Assembly (NCBI GenBank): GCA_012295275.1
Contig: CM022677.1
Coordinates: 3,720,001 to 3,784,000, forward strand
DNA: 64,000 nt
Source: Chrysomallon squamiferum
Taxonomy: Eukaryota > Animalia > Mollusca
Direction: 5' to 3'
The notes below the pieces were generated by a model. That model saw only the letters and a program-made list of their open reading frames with translations. It had not been told where the DNA came from and searched no databases. Below are positions 13,771 through 47,969 of the stretch, piece by piece. The position numbers and the translations under genes are program-made. How positions within the stretch are numbered: the stretch's first letter is position 1; each line of letters starts with the position of its first letter.

Positions 13771-16700
13771 GTTCATGTTCAGTGCTTGTCTGACAATCAG
13801 ATCACTTAATAGTTCATGTTCAGTGCTTGTCTTACAATCAAATCACTTCACAGTTCATGTTCAGTGCTTGTCTGACAATCAGATCACTTCAGTTCATGTT
13901 CAGTGCTTGTCTGACAATCAAATCACTTCCCAGTTCATGTTCAGTGCTTGTCTGACAATCAAATCACTTCACAGTTCATGTTCAGTGCTTGTCTTACAAT
14001 CAGATCACTTCCCAGTTCATGTTCAGTGCTTGTCTTACAATCAGATCACTTCACAGTTCATGTTCAGCCATTGTCTGACAATCAGATCACTTCACAGTTC
14101 ATGTTCAGTGCTTGTCTGACAATCAGATCACTTCACAGTTCATGTTCAGCCATTGTCTGACAATCAGATCACTTCACAGTTCATGTTCAGTGCTTGTCTG
14201 ACAATCAAATCACTTCACAGTTCATGTTCAGTGCTTGTCTGACAATCAAATCACTTCACAGTTCATGTTCAGTGCTTGTCTGACAATCAGATCACTTCAC
14301 AGTTCATGTTCAGTGCTTGTCTGACAATCAGATCACTTCACAGTTCATGTTCAGTGCTTGTCTGACAATCAGATCACTTCACAGTTCATGTTCAGTGCTT
14401 GTCTTACAATCAGATCACTTCACAGTTCATGTTCAGTGCTTGTCTGACAATCAAATCACTTCCCAGTTCATGTTCAGTGCTTGTCTTACAATCAGATCAC
14501 TTCACAGTTCATGTTCAGTGCTTGTCTTACAATCAGATCACTTCACAGTTCATGTTCAGTGCTTGTCTGACAATCAAATCACTTCACAGTTCATGTTCAG
14601 TGCTTGTCTGACAATCAAATCACTTCACAGTTCATGTTCAGTGCTTGTCTGACAATCAAATCACTTCCCAGTTCATGTTCAGTGCTTGTCTTACAATCAA
14701 ATCACTTCCCAGTTCATGTTCAGTGCTTGTCTTACAATCAGATCACTTTACAGTTCATGTTCAGTGCTTGTCTGACAATCAAATCACTTCACAGTTCATG
14801 TTCAGTGCTTGTCTTACAATCAAATCACTTCCCAGTTCATGTTCAGTGCTTGTCTGACAATCAGATCACTTCACAGTTCATGTTCAGTGCTTGTCTGACA
14901 ATCAGATCACTTTACAGTTCATGTTCAGTGCTTGTCTGACAATCAAATCACTTCACAGTTCATGTTCAGTGCTTGTCTGACAATCAAATCACTTCACAGT
15001 TCATGTTCAGTGCTTGTCTGACAATCAAATCACTTCACAGTTCATGTTCAGTGCTTGTCTGACAATCAGATCACTTCACAGTTCATGTTCAGTGCTTGTC
15101 TGACAATCAAATCACTTCACAGTTCATGTTCAGTGCTTGTCTGACAATCAAATCACTTCCCAGTTCATGTTCAGTGCTTGTCTTACAATCAAATCACTTC
15201 ACAGTTCATGTTCAGTGCTTGTCTGACAATCAAATCACTTCCCAGTTCATGTTCAGTGCTTGTCTGACAATCAGATCACTTCACAGTTCATGTTCAGTGC
15301 TTGTCTTACAATCAGATCACTTCACAGTTCATGTTCAGTGCTTGTCTTACAATCAAATCACTTCACAGTTCATGTTCAGTGCTTGTCTGACAATCAAATC
15401 ACTTCACAGTTCATGTTCAGTGCTTGTCTGACAATCATCATCACATGTTCACAGTTCATGTTCAGTCACTTCACAGTTCATGTTCAGTGCTTGTCTGACA
15501 ATCAAATCACTTCACAGTTCATGTTCAGTGCTTGTCTGACAATCAAATCACTTCACAGTTCATGTTCAGTGCTTGTCTGACAATCAAATCACTTTACAGT
15601 TCATGCTCAGTGCTTGTCTGACAATCAGATCACTTCACAGTTCATGTTCAGTGCTTGTCTGACAATCAAATCACTTCACAGTTCATGTTCAGTTCTGATG
15701 TTCAGTTCATGTTCAGTGCTTGTCTGACAATCAAATCACTTCACAGTTCATGTTCAGTGCTTGTCTGACAATCAGATCACTTCACAGTTCATGTTCAGTG
15801 CTTGTCTGACAATCAGATCACTTCACAGTTCATGTTCAGTGCTTGTCTGACAATCAAATCACTTCACAGTTCATGTTCAGTGCTTGTCTGACAATCAAAT
15901 CACTTCACAGTTCATGTTCAGTGCTTGTCTGACAATCAAATCACTTCACAGTTCATGTTCAGTGCTTGTCTTGTTCAGTGCTTGTCAATCAAATCACTTC
16001 ACAGTTCATGTTCAGTGCTTGTCTGACAATCAAATCACTTCACAGTTCATGTTCAGTGCTTGTCTGACAATCAAATCACTTCACAGTTCATGTTCAGTGC
16101 TTGTCTGACAATCAAATCACTTCACAGTTCATGTTCAGTGCTTGTCTGACAATCAAATCACTTCACAGTTCATGTTCAGTGCTTGTCTGACAATCAAATC
16201 ACTTCACAGTTCATGTTCAGTGCTTGTCTGACAATCAAATCACTTCCAGTTCATGTTCAGTGCTTGTCTGACAATCAAATCACTTCACAGTTCATGTTCA
16301 GTGCTTGTCTGACAATCAAATCACTTCACAGTTCATGTTCAGTGCTTGTCTGACAATCAAATCACTTCACAGTTCATGTTCAGTGCTTGTCTTACAATCA
16401 AATCACTTCACAGTTCATGTTCAGTGCTTGTCTGACAATCAGATCACTTCACAGTTCATGTTCAGTGCTTGTCTTACAATCAAATCACTTCACAGTTCAT
16501 GTTCAGTGCTTGTCTTACAATCAAATCACTTCACAGTTCATGTTCAGTGCTTGTCTTACAATCAAATCACTTCACAGTTCATGTTCAGTGCTTGTCTTAC
16601 AATCAAATCACTTCACAGTTCATGTTCAGTGCTTGTCTGACAATCAAATCACTTCACAGTTCATGTTCAGTGCTTGTCTGACAATCAAATCACTTCACAG

Positions 16701-18858
16701 TTCATGTTCAGTGCTTGTCTGACAATCAAATCACTTCACAGTTCATGTTCAGTGCTTGTCTTACAATCAAATCACTTCACAGTTCATGTTCAGTGCTTGT
16801 CTGACAATCAAATCACTTCACAGTTCATGTTCAGTGCTTGTCTGACAATCAAATCACTTCACAGTTCATGTTCAGTGCTTGTCTGACAATCAGATCACTT
16901 CACAGTTCATGTTCAGTGCTTGTCTGACAATCAAATCACTTCACAGTTCATGTTCAGTGCTTGTCTGACAATCAAATCACTTCACAGTTCATGTTCAGTG
17001 CTTGTCTGACAATCAAATCACTTCACAGTTCATGTTCAGTGCTTGTCTTACAATCAAATCACTTCACAGTTCATGTTCAGTGCTTGTCTTACAATCAAAT
17101 CACTTCACAGTTCATGTTCAGTGCTTGTCTGACAATCAAATCACTTCACAGTTCATGTTCAGTGCTTGTCTGACAATCAGATCACTTCACAGTTCATGTT
17201 CAGTGCTTGTCTGACAATCAAATCACTTCACAGTTCATGTTCAGTGCTTGTCTGACAATCAAATCACTTCCCAGTTCATGTTCAGTGCTTGTCTGACAAT
17301 CAAATCACTTCACAGTTCATGTTCAGTGCTTGTCTGACAATCAAATCACTTCCCAGTTCATGTTCAGTGCTTGTCTGACAATCAGATCACTTCACAGTTC
17401 ATGTTCAGTGCTTGTCTGACAATCAAATCACTTCACAGTTCATGTTCAGTGCTTGTCTGACAATCAAATCACTTCACAGTTCATGTTCAGTGCTTGTCTG
17501 ACAATCAAATCACTTTACAGTTCATGTTCAGTGCTTGTCTGACAATCAAATCACTTCACAGTTCATGTTCAGTGCTTGTCTGACAATCAAATCACTTCAC
17601 AGTTCATGTTCAGTGCTTGTCTGACAATCAAATCACTTCACAGTTCATGTTCAGTGCTTGTCTTACAATCAGATCACTTCACAGTTCATGTTCAGTGCTT
17701 GTCTGACAATCAGATCACTTCACAGTTCATGTTCAGTGCTTGTCTGACAATCAGATCACTTCACAGTTCATGTTCAGTGCTTGTCTTACAATCAGATCAC
17801 TTCACAGTTCATGTTCAGTGCTTGTCTTTTCATGTTCAGTGACTTACAATCAGATCACTTCACAGTTCATGTTCAGTGCTTGTCTGACAATCAAATCACT
17901 TCACAGTTCATGTTCAGTGCTTGTCTGACAATCAGATCACTTCACAGTTCATGTTCAGTGCTTGTCTGACAATCAGATCACTTCCCAGTTCATGTTCAGT
18001 TCTTGTCTTACAATCAGATCACTTCCCAGTTCATGTTCAGTGCTTGTCTGACAATCAAATCACTTCCCAGTTCATGTTCAGTGCTTGTCTGACAATCAAA
18101 TCACTTCACAGTTCATGTTCAGTGCTTGTCTGACAATCAGATCACTTCACAGTTCATGTTCAGTTCTTGTCTGACAATCAAATCACTTCACAGTTCATGT
18201 TCAGTGCTTGTCTGACAATCAAATCACTTTACAGTTCATGTTCAGTGCTTGTCTGACAATCAAATCACTTCACAGTTCATGTTCAGTGCTTGTCTGACAA
18301 TCAAATCACTTCACAGTTCATGTTCAGCCATTGTCTGACAATCAAATCACTTCACAGTTCATGTTCAGTGCTTGTCTGACAATCAGATCACTTCACAGTT
18401 CATGTTCAGTGCTTGTCTGACAATCAAATCACTTCACAGTTCATGTTCAGTGCTTGTCTGACAATCAAATCACTTCACAGTTCATGTTCAGTGCTTGTCT
18501 GACAATCAAATCACTTAACAGTTCATGTTCAGTGCTTGTCTGACAATCAAATCACTTCACAGTTCATGTTCAGTGCTTGTCTGACAATCAAATCACTTCA
18601 CAGTTCATGTTCAGTGCTTGTCTTACAATCAGATCACTTCACAGTTCATGTTCAGTGCTTGTCTGACAATCAGATCACTTCACAGTTCATGTTCAGTGCT
18701 TGTCTTACAATCAAATCACTTCACAGTTCATGTTCAGTTCTTGTCTGACAATCAGATCACTTCACAGTTCATGTTCAGTGCTTGTCTTACAATCAAATCA
18801 CTTCACAGTTCATGTTCAGTGCTTGTCTGACAATCAGATCACTTCACAGTTCATGTTC
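13745..18858. repeat. 41-bp satellite (TTGTCTGACAATCAAATCACTTCACAGTTCATGTTCAGTGC), ~125 copies
   Basis: Highly homogeneous tandem array; source of all MSDNQITSQFMFSACLT ORFs. Confidence 0.98.
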
Positions 18859-19238
18859 GGTTATGGTTGTATTCGAGCAGAGAACATGGACCTGCGTAAA
18901 TACATGTTTTCATCTGACAAACTGATTTGTCCAAGAAAAGAAAGGGTAAGGCAGAATCTAAAGACAAATATGAAAAACAAAAGCGAAAAAAACAGAGGTA
19001 AGTACAGAAGTATGTATGTACATGATATATAGATGGAGGGAGGGAGGGAGGGATGTATAGATGGAAATACATTTATGTATGTATGTATGTATGTATACAT
19101 GTTTGTGGTGTGAATGTATGTTTCTGTGTATGTATGTGTGAGAAGTGTGTGTGTGTGTGTGTGTGTGGAAGTCTGGGATATATGTATGCATGTTTTTGTG
19201 TGTATGGTATAAGCTATATGTATATATGTGTGTGTTTG

Positions 19239-19278
<40 letters not shown>

Positions 19279-19280
<2 letters not shown>

Positions 19281-19967
19281 AATATTTGGAATGGTTTGAA
19301 AGAACGTGGATTTGCATTATCAAGTTCAAGATTTAGATCTTTGTCTTTCTAAGACACTGTTCAGTATTAGTTATAGTCTTGGGTTGGCTTCATCATCAAC
19401 ATGATCATAAGCAGGATTATCATACTGATTCAGTGTGTCGTAATCAAACTTTGTCACTTTTGAAGACTGGGATCCTGCCTGAAATGCAAAGAAAATAAAT
19501 CACTTTATTAACGAAAAACAAAAACTGTCTCGCTCTTTCTCTCTCTGCTTATATATATATATATATTAAGTAAAGTAAATCTTCTCATTTTCTTTTCTCT
19601 CTCTTTTTACACATAAAAACACACATACAGCAGACACACAGACACACACACACATACATATACTGTATATCAAAAAACAGACATTATCAAAGAGTAATTT
19701 CAATACTAGTAAAAAGAATATTAAACATTTAGAAAATATTTTCCAAACGCTTCATACATTAGTAAATCAACTTCTTATAAGAGATACAATGTTTGTTTTC
19801 TTTTTAAAATAATCACATACACATGCATTAATAGCATTCAAAATGTACATTTAGTTCACAATTGTGTAATACATGCTTGCTAAATGTTTAAAGGAGATTA
19901 AGATTCAAACATAGATCATAATACTGTAAATAGTTCTGTTGTTATTTTTTGTATTAATGAAGATAGA

Positions 19968-19975
<8 letters not shown>
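19279..19975 (-). repeat. Inverted duplicate of 47056-47780, including a copy of the mucin-like gene's terminal exon (19371-19478)
   Basis: Reverse complement aligns throughout with scattered SNPs; the 108-bp coding part reads identical; flanked by (TG)n and (AG)n. Confidence 0.93.
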
Positions 19976-20042
<67 letters not shown>

Positions 20043-20116
20043 ATGGATATGTTTGTATATGAGTGTGTATAAAATTTCTACCACTACTTTCACTCATTTA
20101 TTTATTTATTTATTTA

Positions 20117-20197
<81 letters not shown>

Positions 20198-20497
20198 TCA
20201 ATTTTTTTATATATATATTTATTTCACTTTCCTGTGGTAAAATTTCTGTAAAATGAATTTTAAACAACAGCAGCAACGACATTAATAATAAAAGCATCAA
20301 CAACAACAACAACAAAATAACCAGTTAGATCATACATATACTTTTAAAAATAATGATCTCAAGACGCCGCTTAAACGTCTATTTTTATTCACCGATTTTC
20401 TTGTAGACTTTAAAAATCTCTAAGCGTTCGAGGCTTAGGATAGGATAGGAAAAAAAATGAACGTGCTAATCAGAGCAAGCTTTTATTACAAGCTTCA

Positions 20498-20600
20498 TAA
20501 ACACCGTGCGCATGGCAAACAGATGGTTACTAGGTAAACACCGTGCGCATGGCAACAGATGGTTACTAGGTACGTGATTTAATATCTTACGTCAGTGAGA
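20498..20600. promoter_or_regulatory. CpG-richer promoter-like segment with a 36/37-bp direct duplication carrying NRF1-like (GTGCGCATG) and RFX-like (CATGGCAAC, GTTACTAGGTA) motifs, plus TTACGTCA (CRE-like)
   Basis: Motif matches by eye only; no expression data. Confidence 0.4.
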
Positions 20601-21396
20601 GTTATTACTATCATTTCGTATCGAACCGCCTCGCTAAACGGTGCACGCTGTTTCATAGTAACTGACTGTAAGGAAGGAGCGAAATAAGTGTATGTTTAAC
20701 GACACCGCGACGTCGTTGAAATGCTAGGACGTTCACGTCGTTAAATTAATGACGGTACTCTCACGGATCAGTTCGTATAGAACAACGACAGGGGGAATAA
20801 CTGTGATTTTTGAATGTGTACTCTCTACAGCGTTCGGTAAAGCTTCACCAATGAGTGCAAGGCAAAGGGAAATAAATTGTTGTTTATGACGTAGTTAAAG
20901 TGGTATGCGTGCAAGTATGCACGTACGTAAAAACATATTATATGTGTGTGTCTGCGTGTCTGTTTATCTATACATACGTATGTAACAACGTGTGACTGCG
21001 TGTATATTTGTAAATATCTATTTATTTACCCATTACCATTTAACATGACTTATAAATATACAAAAAATAAATAAAAAAAAAAAAAAAAAACAAAAAAAAA
21101 AAAAACAAAATAAAATAAAAACAAACAAAAACAAATAAATAAATAACGCTAAAACTCACTCACTCAGTTTGACGTTAAGAGATGTTTATTGATTCATTAC
21201 CCTATACGACCAATCAATTAAAGGGCATTATTTAATTCAGTGTATAGAAATCGTTACTACGACAACGCGCTACATAGACATTAATTAGTATAGTTTGCTT
21301 TTGTCAATAAACGATAAAGAATTTCCGCATTGTAAGTTGATACCACAAGGTCGGCTGTAAATAATACTCAGGAAAAGAAGTGTAATAAAAAAAAAA

Positions 21397-21429
<33 letters not shown>

Positions 21430-21633
21430 CGTCAAATGGGAAATAACAACAACAACAAAAAATCTTTATCTTGTTTTAATAGATTGAGAGAGAACCGTAC
21501 AGACAGACAGACAGCGAGAGAGAGAGAGAGAGAGATACTTAATTCACAACACGTGTATTAAAGGTTATTTCAATAAACGGCAACTATTAAGTCATATTTT
21601 GAATAATCAGCTTGCATGATTCCTGCTGTGAAT

Positions 21634-21845
21634 TTAATCCACAAAAACTCCTTTGTCATGATGACCACCAAGGCGATTGTTCGAATAAGACACGCCTTTC
21701 ATTGAACATACTTCCTGGATGCCGTCTTTAACCCTTGGCCTGTGAGAGAAGTTAACACCACTTCGTTTCAAAGTTTGCAAATGATTCCCTTTGATCCCGG
21801 CTGTTCTTTTTATCTTTACGGCTTTCGGAATGTTTGCTATTAGTT
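21634..21845 (-). CDS. Candidate terminal coding exon of an unidentified gene
   Basis: TTCTAG acceptor then 70 open codons to TAA: LIANIPKAVKIKRTAGIKGNHLQTLKRSGVNFSHRPRVKDGIQEVCSMKGVSYSNNRLGGHHDKGVFVD*; GC higher than flanks; no family recognised. Confidence 0.4.
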
Positions 21846-22150
21846 CTAGAACACGAGTGTTTTAAAAGTTTTATTGCATGACCATTTTCATTATTAGAAT
21901 TTGACACTTTTTATATCTTTTTTGTTTGTCTATAACTAACGGCACTTACAAAACGAACTATTTCATTTATTTAAATACAAATCTTCTGTCTGCTATAAAT
22001 ATATAAAATAACAAGTAAAAATCACAGGCATAAATAAAAATGAATTGAATCGAAATTAAAACGATAAATAAATAAATAATGAAAGTAAAATAGATATTTC
22101 TAAAGTTAAATGAGAGAAATAAAAAATGTAACAGCTGTTAATCCAGCACT

Positions 22151-22163
22151 GTTGCTAGGCAAC
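22151..22163. promoter_or_regulatory. RFX X-box-like palindrome GTTGCTAGGCAAC
   Basis: Matches the RFX consensus GTTGCY-a-RGCAAC. Confidence 0.45.
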
Positions 22164-22998
22164 TTTGGGTCGGTCGCATATCAAATTATTAATATATAGT
22201 TATGCATTGATACATAATTCGTGTCAGCTGTTTACAAGTGCATGGAACATGCTCTACGTGTTTTATACAATAATATATTATCATCATATCCAATAACAAA
22301 GATGATGATGATGATGATGATGATACTGACAACAGAAATGATTATCATAGATGATGATAATAGTTGTAGTAATAACAGTAGTAGTAGCAGTAACAAAGCA
22401 ACGATAGTAATGATACAGTAATAACGGTAACAACAATAGCAGCAGCAGCAGCAACAACAACGACAACAACAACAATAATAAAACCACGATTATTAAGGTG
22501 ATAGTAACAACAATTATGTTTATAAAAATAATGTGCATCTCTTGATATTTATTCTATATAAGCTGTCGAAAAATAGTAAAATGACACTAATTTTAGATAA
22601 CGCTTAAAAATTCAGCTATGCTTATATCTCAACAAAAAAATCCACAACAACAACAACAAAAAACACATTAGAAAATATATAAACGTCCTGTGATTACTCA
22701 TACCATTCCAAAACCTCCTCGTACATAGGTTTTTACTCTTATCTTGAAATTCATAAAAAATAGTTAATAAAAAAAAAAATTTTTTGTGCTTTATTTTTTG
22801 CGTAACGACAAGCATGCATATATATATGTATGTATGTATGTATGTATATGTAAATATATATATGTATATGTATGTATGTATGTATATGTAAATATATATA
22901 TATATGATGTACAGAACATCTCTTTTTCTTTTAAGAATGACTTTTCTAAAGTTTGTGAGAACCAAAATGAAGATTACTTCTTTGGTATATTTTACAAA

Positions 22999-23128
<130 letters not shown>

Positions 23129-24057
23129 TTCTCAGTAAAATATCTGTCTTATTAAAATAAAGGAATCACGGCTGGATTTATTGATTAATCAGCCCTAGTG
23201 TTGTGTGCGAATCTGTCTTTCATCTACCTTAGCTTCGTGCTGACGTTTGAAAAAGGTAAATAATACAGATTCGATAGCTCTTGAGATACGTCAAGGTTTT
23301 TCAGTCCACGCCCCAAACTAAATACTAAACTAATCACCGGTGACATAATGGTTTTGCCAACGACTTCACGAGGGACCAACTGATTGTGGGTTCACTTCCT
23401 GGTACAAGTTTTAGAGCTCTTTCAGGGTATATCAGATTGCTATATCCTATCTATATCTCCAACTTATCAGCTAATAAACTAAGACAGTACATCCAGTCTT
23501 GGTTGTGCAGTTGCTAATCCAGCTTTCCAGTGGCTTTAGCCCCTGAATGACTGACTACGTCTATATTCTCTACACTTTCTGTAATTAAAGTATGTCTTTG
23601 ATTATACGAACAAATGGTCGAAATATATTCTGCGTGCTTCCATGTTATGTTTAGATTTTTGTCGTCCACACTTGATTAATAACGAAGTTTAATTAAAAAA
23701 ACCCACCAAAAACCCCCCAAAAACCCACCAAAACCAAAACCAAAGTCGTAATGTCAGCATTTAAGATGGCGACGTTCACGTTTTTAGTAACAGTAACATT
23801 TGATAGTCATACTTTGTTGTGAGGATAGCTGGTCGATAAGAACAGATATATATATATATATGTCCTTCTAATAAGCAACCTAAACTTCTGCACAAAGTAG
23901 ATGTGTATATGAACCTTTAATTCAAAAACTGATTAAGTAAATGCTGATTATTTATATATATATAAAATAATGAAATAAAATAAATCTTTGATAACACATG
24001 ATCTATGCCACCATACTTCTCTGGCTGTCTGTCTCTTCTCATTGTCACTCCCATTTT

Positions 24058-24147
<90 letters not shown>

Positions 24148-24580
24148 TGTTGTGTTTATGCTGCTTTGGGTCACTGATGTATTATTTTCAGATAATTTGA
24201 AGAATGATGGGAACAGAAATCAACAAACTGTGTATTGACACTTTCAGCACATTCCTGTGTGTGGGACATAGTACAATACTGACTTTTTCTGTTGACTTTC
24301 GAGCTTAAAATAGCTCGCATTAAACAGTTTTCTATTTTCATTGCTAGAAATTTCGGAATTAACATTTCATTGGTGCGTGTTTAAATGGCATCTGCATAAT
24401 CTATTGTTATTTGGACATTTATTGATATTTTCCTTTTCTATTTGAAGTCATTTCCTTTTTGAAAGTTATATCCGTCATTGGATCCATCGCTTTTTCTGTT
24501 GTGAGACTGAAAATATGTTTAACCAAAACTACCGCAGTAAATCAGTAAGTCAGTTCTGGCTTTAACCGTTAATCAATTGC

Positions 24581-24636
<56 letters not shown>

Positions 24637-24797
24637 CAACAACAACAACAACAGCAACAATAATAATAATAATTCTTATAAAAAGTAAAAAAAAAAAAAA
24701 AAAGCAGTATATCATTACAACAACCAATACTATCATGAAATCGGTTTTTAATCTCAGTAACAACAACAATAACATAATAATAATAAATAATAATAAC

Positions 24798-24830
<33 letters not shown>

Positions 24831-25809
24831 TAATAACATTACAAAGAAGTTAAGAAGAAGAAGAAGAAGAAGAAGAAGAAAATTACTCCTATCACTATTA
24901 GTACTATTGCAGCCACTATTACTACAGCTATAATTACTTATTCTACTGCTATTGTCACAAGTGCAGGAAGTTTTCCGAATTTTAGAGTTTGAGGAGACGG
25001 TCGGATAAAGGATCCACTGCTAGTAACATATACAACAATAAATAAAAGTCGTTACTGATACAGTATACAGAGCTTGGCTTTAAATTACAAGTAAAATGAA
25101 TGGATGTATAATTTAATGCAAGATAATATGTAACTACGACGACCTGGTTTAATAAAATAAAACCCTTTCACAACAGAGTCCGTTGTTTAGACCAAACTAA
25201 ATTCTGTCTCGGAAATAAAACAGCAGGGTCGTACATTCCTCCAGCTGAGCGCATCGCATTATAATTTATAAAATATTCATGAAAATAGCTGAACAATAAA
25301 AATTATTCATTTTAATTATTACACGGCAGAGAAAAAAAAGAAAAAAGAAAACAAAGAAAAATAATTTAAAGAAAAAAAATTCTGAATATCTAATCGTACC
25401 TATTCATGTCTGTAGCCGTGAGAGGGAGATGCATTTGTTACTGAAATATTTATAATCAGTATGCCACCAATATTAATATCTAACAATTTCCCCTCGCCTA
25501 CTGATTATAAATAATTTACTGGTAATAAAGAACCTCCCTCCCAAATTTGTCACTGTCAGTCAGTGTCTGAACTATCAACAGTTTCACTTCGAGCATCATC
25601 CAAGTCTTCTCAGTCTGATGTTGCAGTAGCAAGAAAGTCCTCTGCACACATTAGTTCATTGCAGGTTATTTTTATCACATCTTAAGAGGGCACAGATAAG
25701 TATGAGTCTTTTGAGTCTGACAATGAGTCTACAATCAGGTTGTCAATTGTACAAGATGCTGGTCTTTTTCTTTGTTTTTTATCATCTGTGTACAGGGAAA
25801 CAGCTTTGT

Positions 25810-26008
25810 TCATATGAAGGGCCACAGCTTATAAGTGCAGGCAGGTTAACTCTAATCACCAACAAATCATTCAGTGTAGAATTGGACATGTTCAACCTGG
25901 TATTTGTCAACTGCCGATTGAGAGAGCTTATGCCCCTCTCTTACGCCAAGATCATTTCAATGATAAGAAGAATGTGTGGATATTCAGAGTGGTGATGACT
26001 GAATATTT
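25810..26008 (-). mobile_element. hAT transposase C-terminal dimerization domain relic (ZNF862-like)
   Basis: IFSHHHSEYPHILLIIEMILA*ERGISSLNRQLTNTRLNMSNSTLNDLLVIRVNLP, cf. hAT YPNI..L....L.IPVS.A..ERGFS..NRI.T..R..L....LNDL..I..N.P; the PVSxA segment is deleted. Confidence 0.75.
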
Positions 26009-26185
26009 GAAGATTTCATAAAAATCTGAGAAGGTCGGGTTTAAATTTGTTTTTTTGGGGGGTGATTTGACACGGAATTAATGTAAATTTACATTAATTT
26101 GAGTAATTCTTGTTTAGGTACAAATGTGTACAAAGTTGAGAAATGTTAAGAAAGTTTAATATTTTGGATGTATATTTTCTTTTAG

Positions 26186-47687
<21,502 letters not shown>

Positions 47688-47777
47688 CTAATACTGAACA
47701 GTGTCTTAGAAAGACAAAGATCTAAATCTTGAACTTGATAATGCAAATCCACATTCTTTCAAACCATTCCAAATATT

Positions 47778-47828
<51 letters not shown>

Positions 47829-47934
47829 TACATACATATATATATATATATACACTCATGTGAATAAAACATGAATGCATAAGCAGATATGTTATAAAAT
47901 AATTGATTACTTTATATTTTCAAAGATTTTGTTA

Positions 47935-47969
<35 letters not shown>

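Noticed and set aside
13745-18858. 41-bp array as a CRISPR array or repeat-protein gene
   Set aside because: Head-to-tail units with no unique spacers and no cas genes; unit length is not a multiple of 3 and stops recur
4621-18858. Shared origin of the two 41-bp arrays
   Set aside because: Same length and loose motifs (TGACAA..CACAGT) but I could not support a colinear alignment by eye; treated as coincidence
18860-18997. Lys-rich plus-strand segment TDLSKKRKGKAESKDKYEKQKRKKQR followed by GTAAGT
   Set aside because: Upstream stops, no acceptor or partner exon; may be a TE scrap
25702-25995. Plus-strand ORF MLVFFFVFYHLCTG... as the signal exon of the mucin-like gene
   Set aside because: It is the antisense of a hAT transposase fragment and has no convincing phase-1 GT donor
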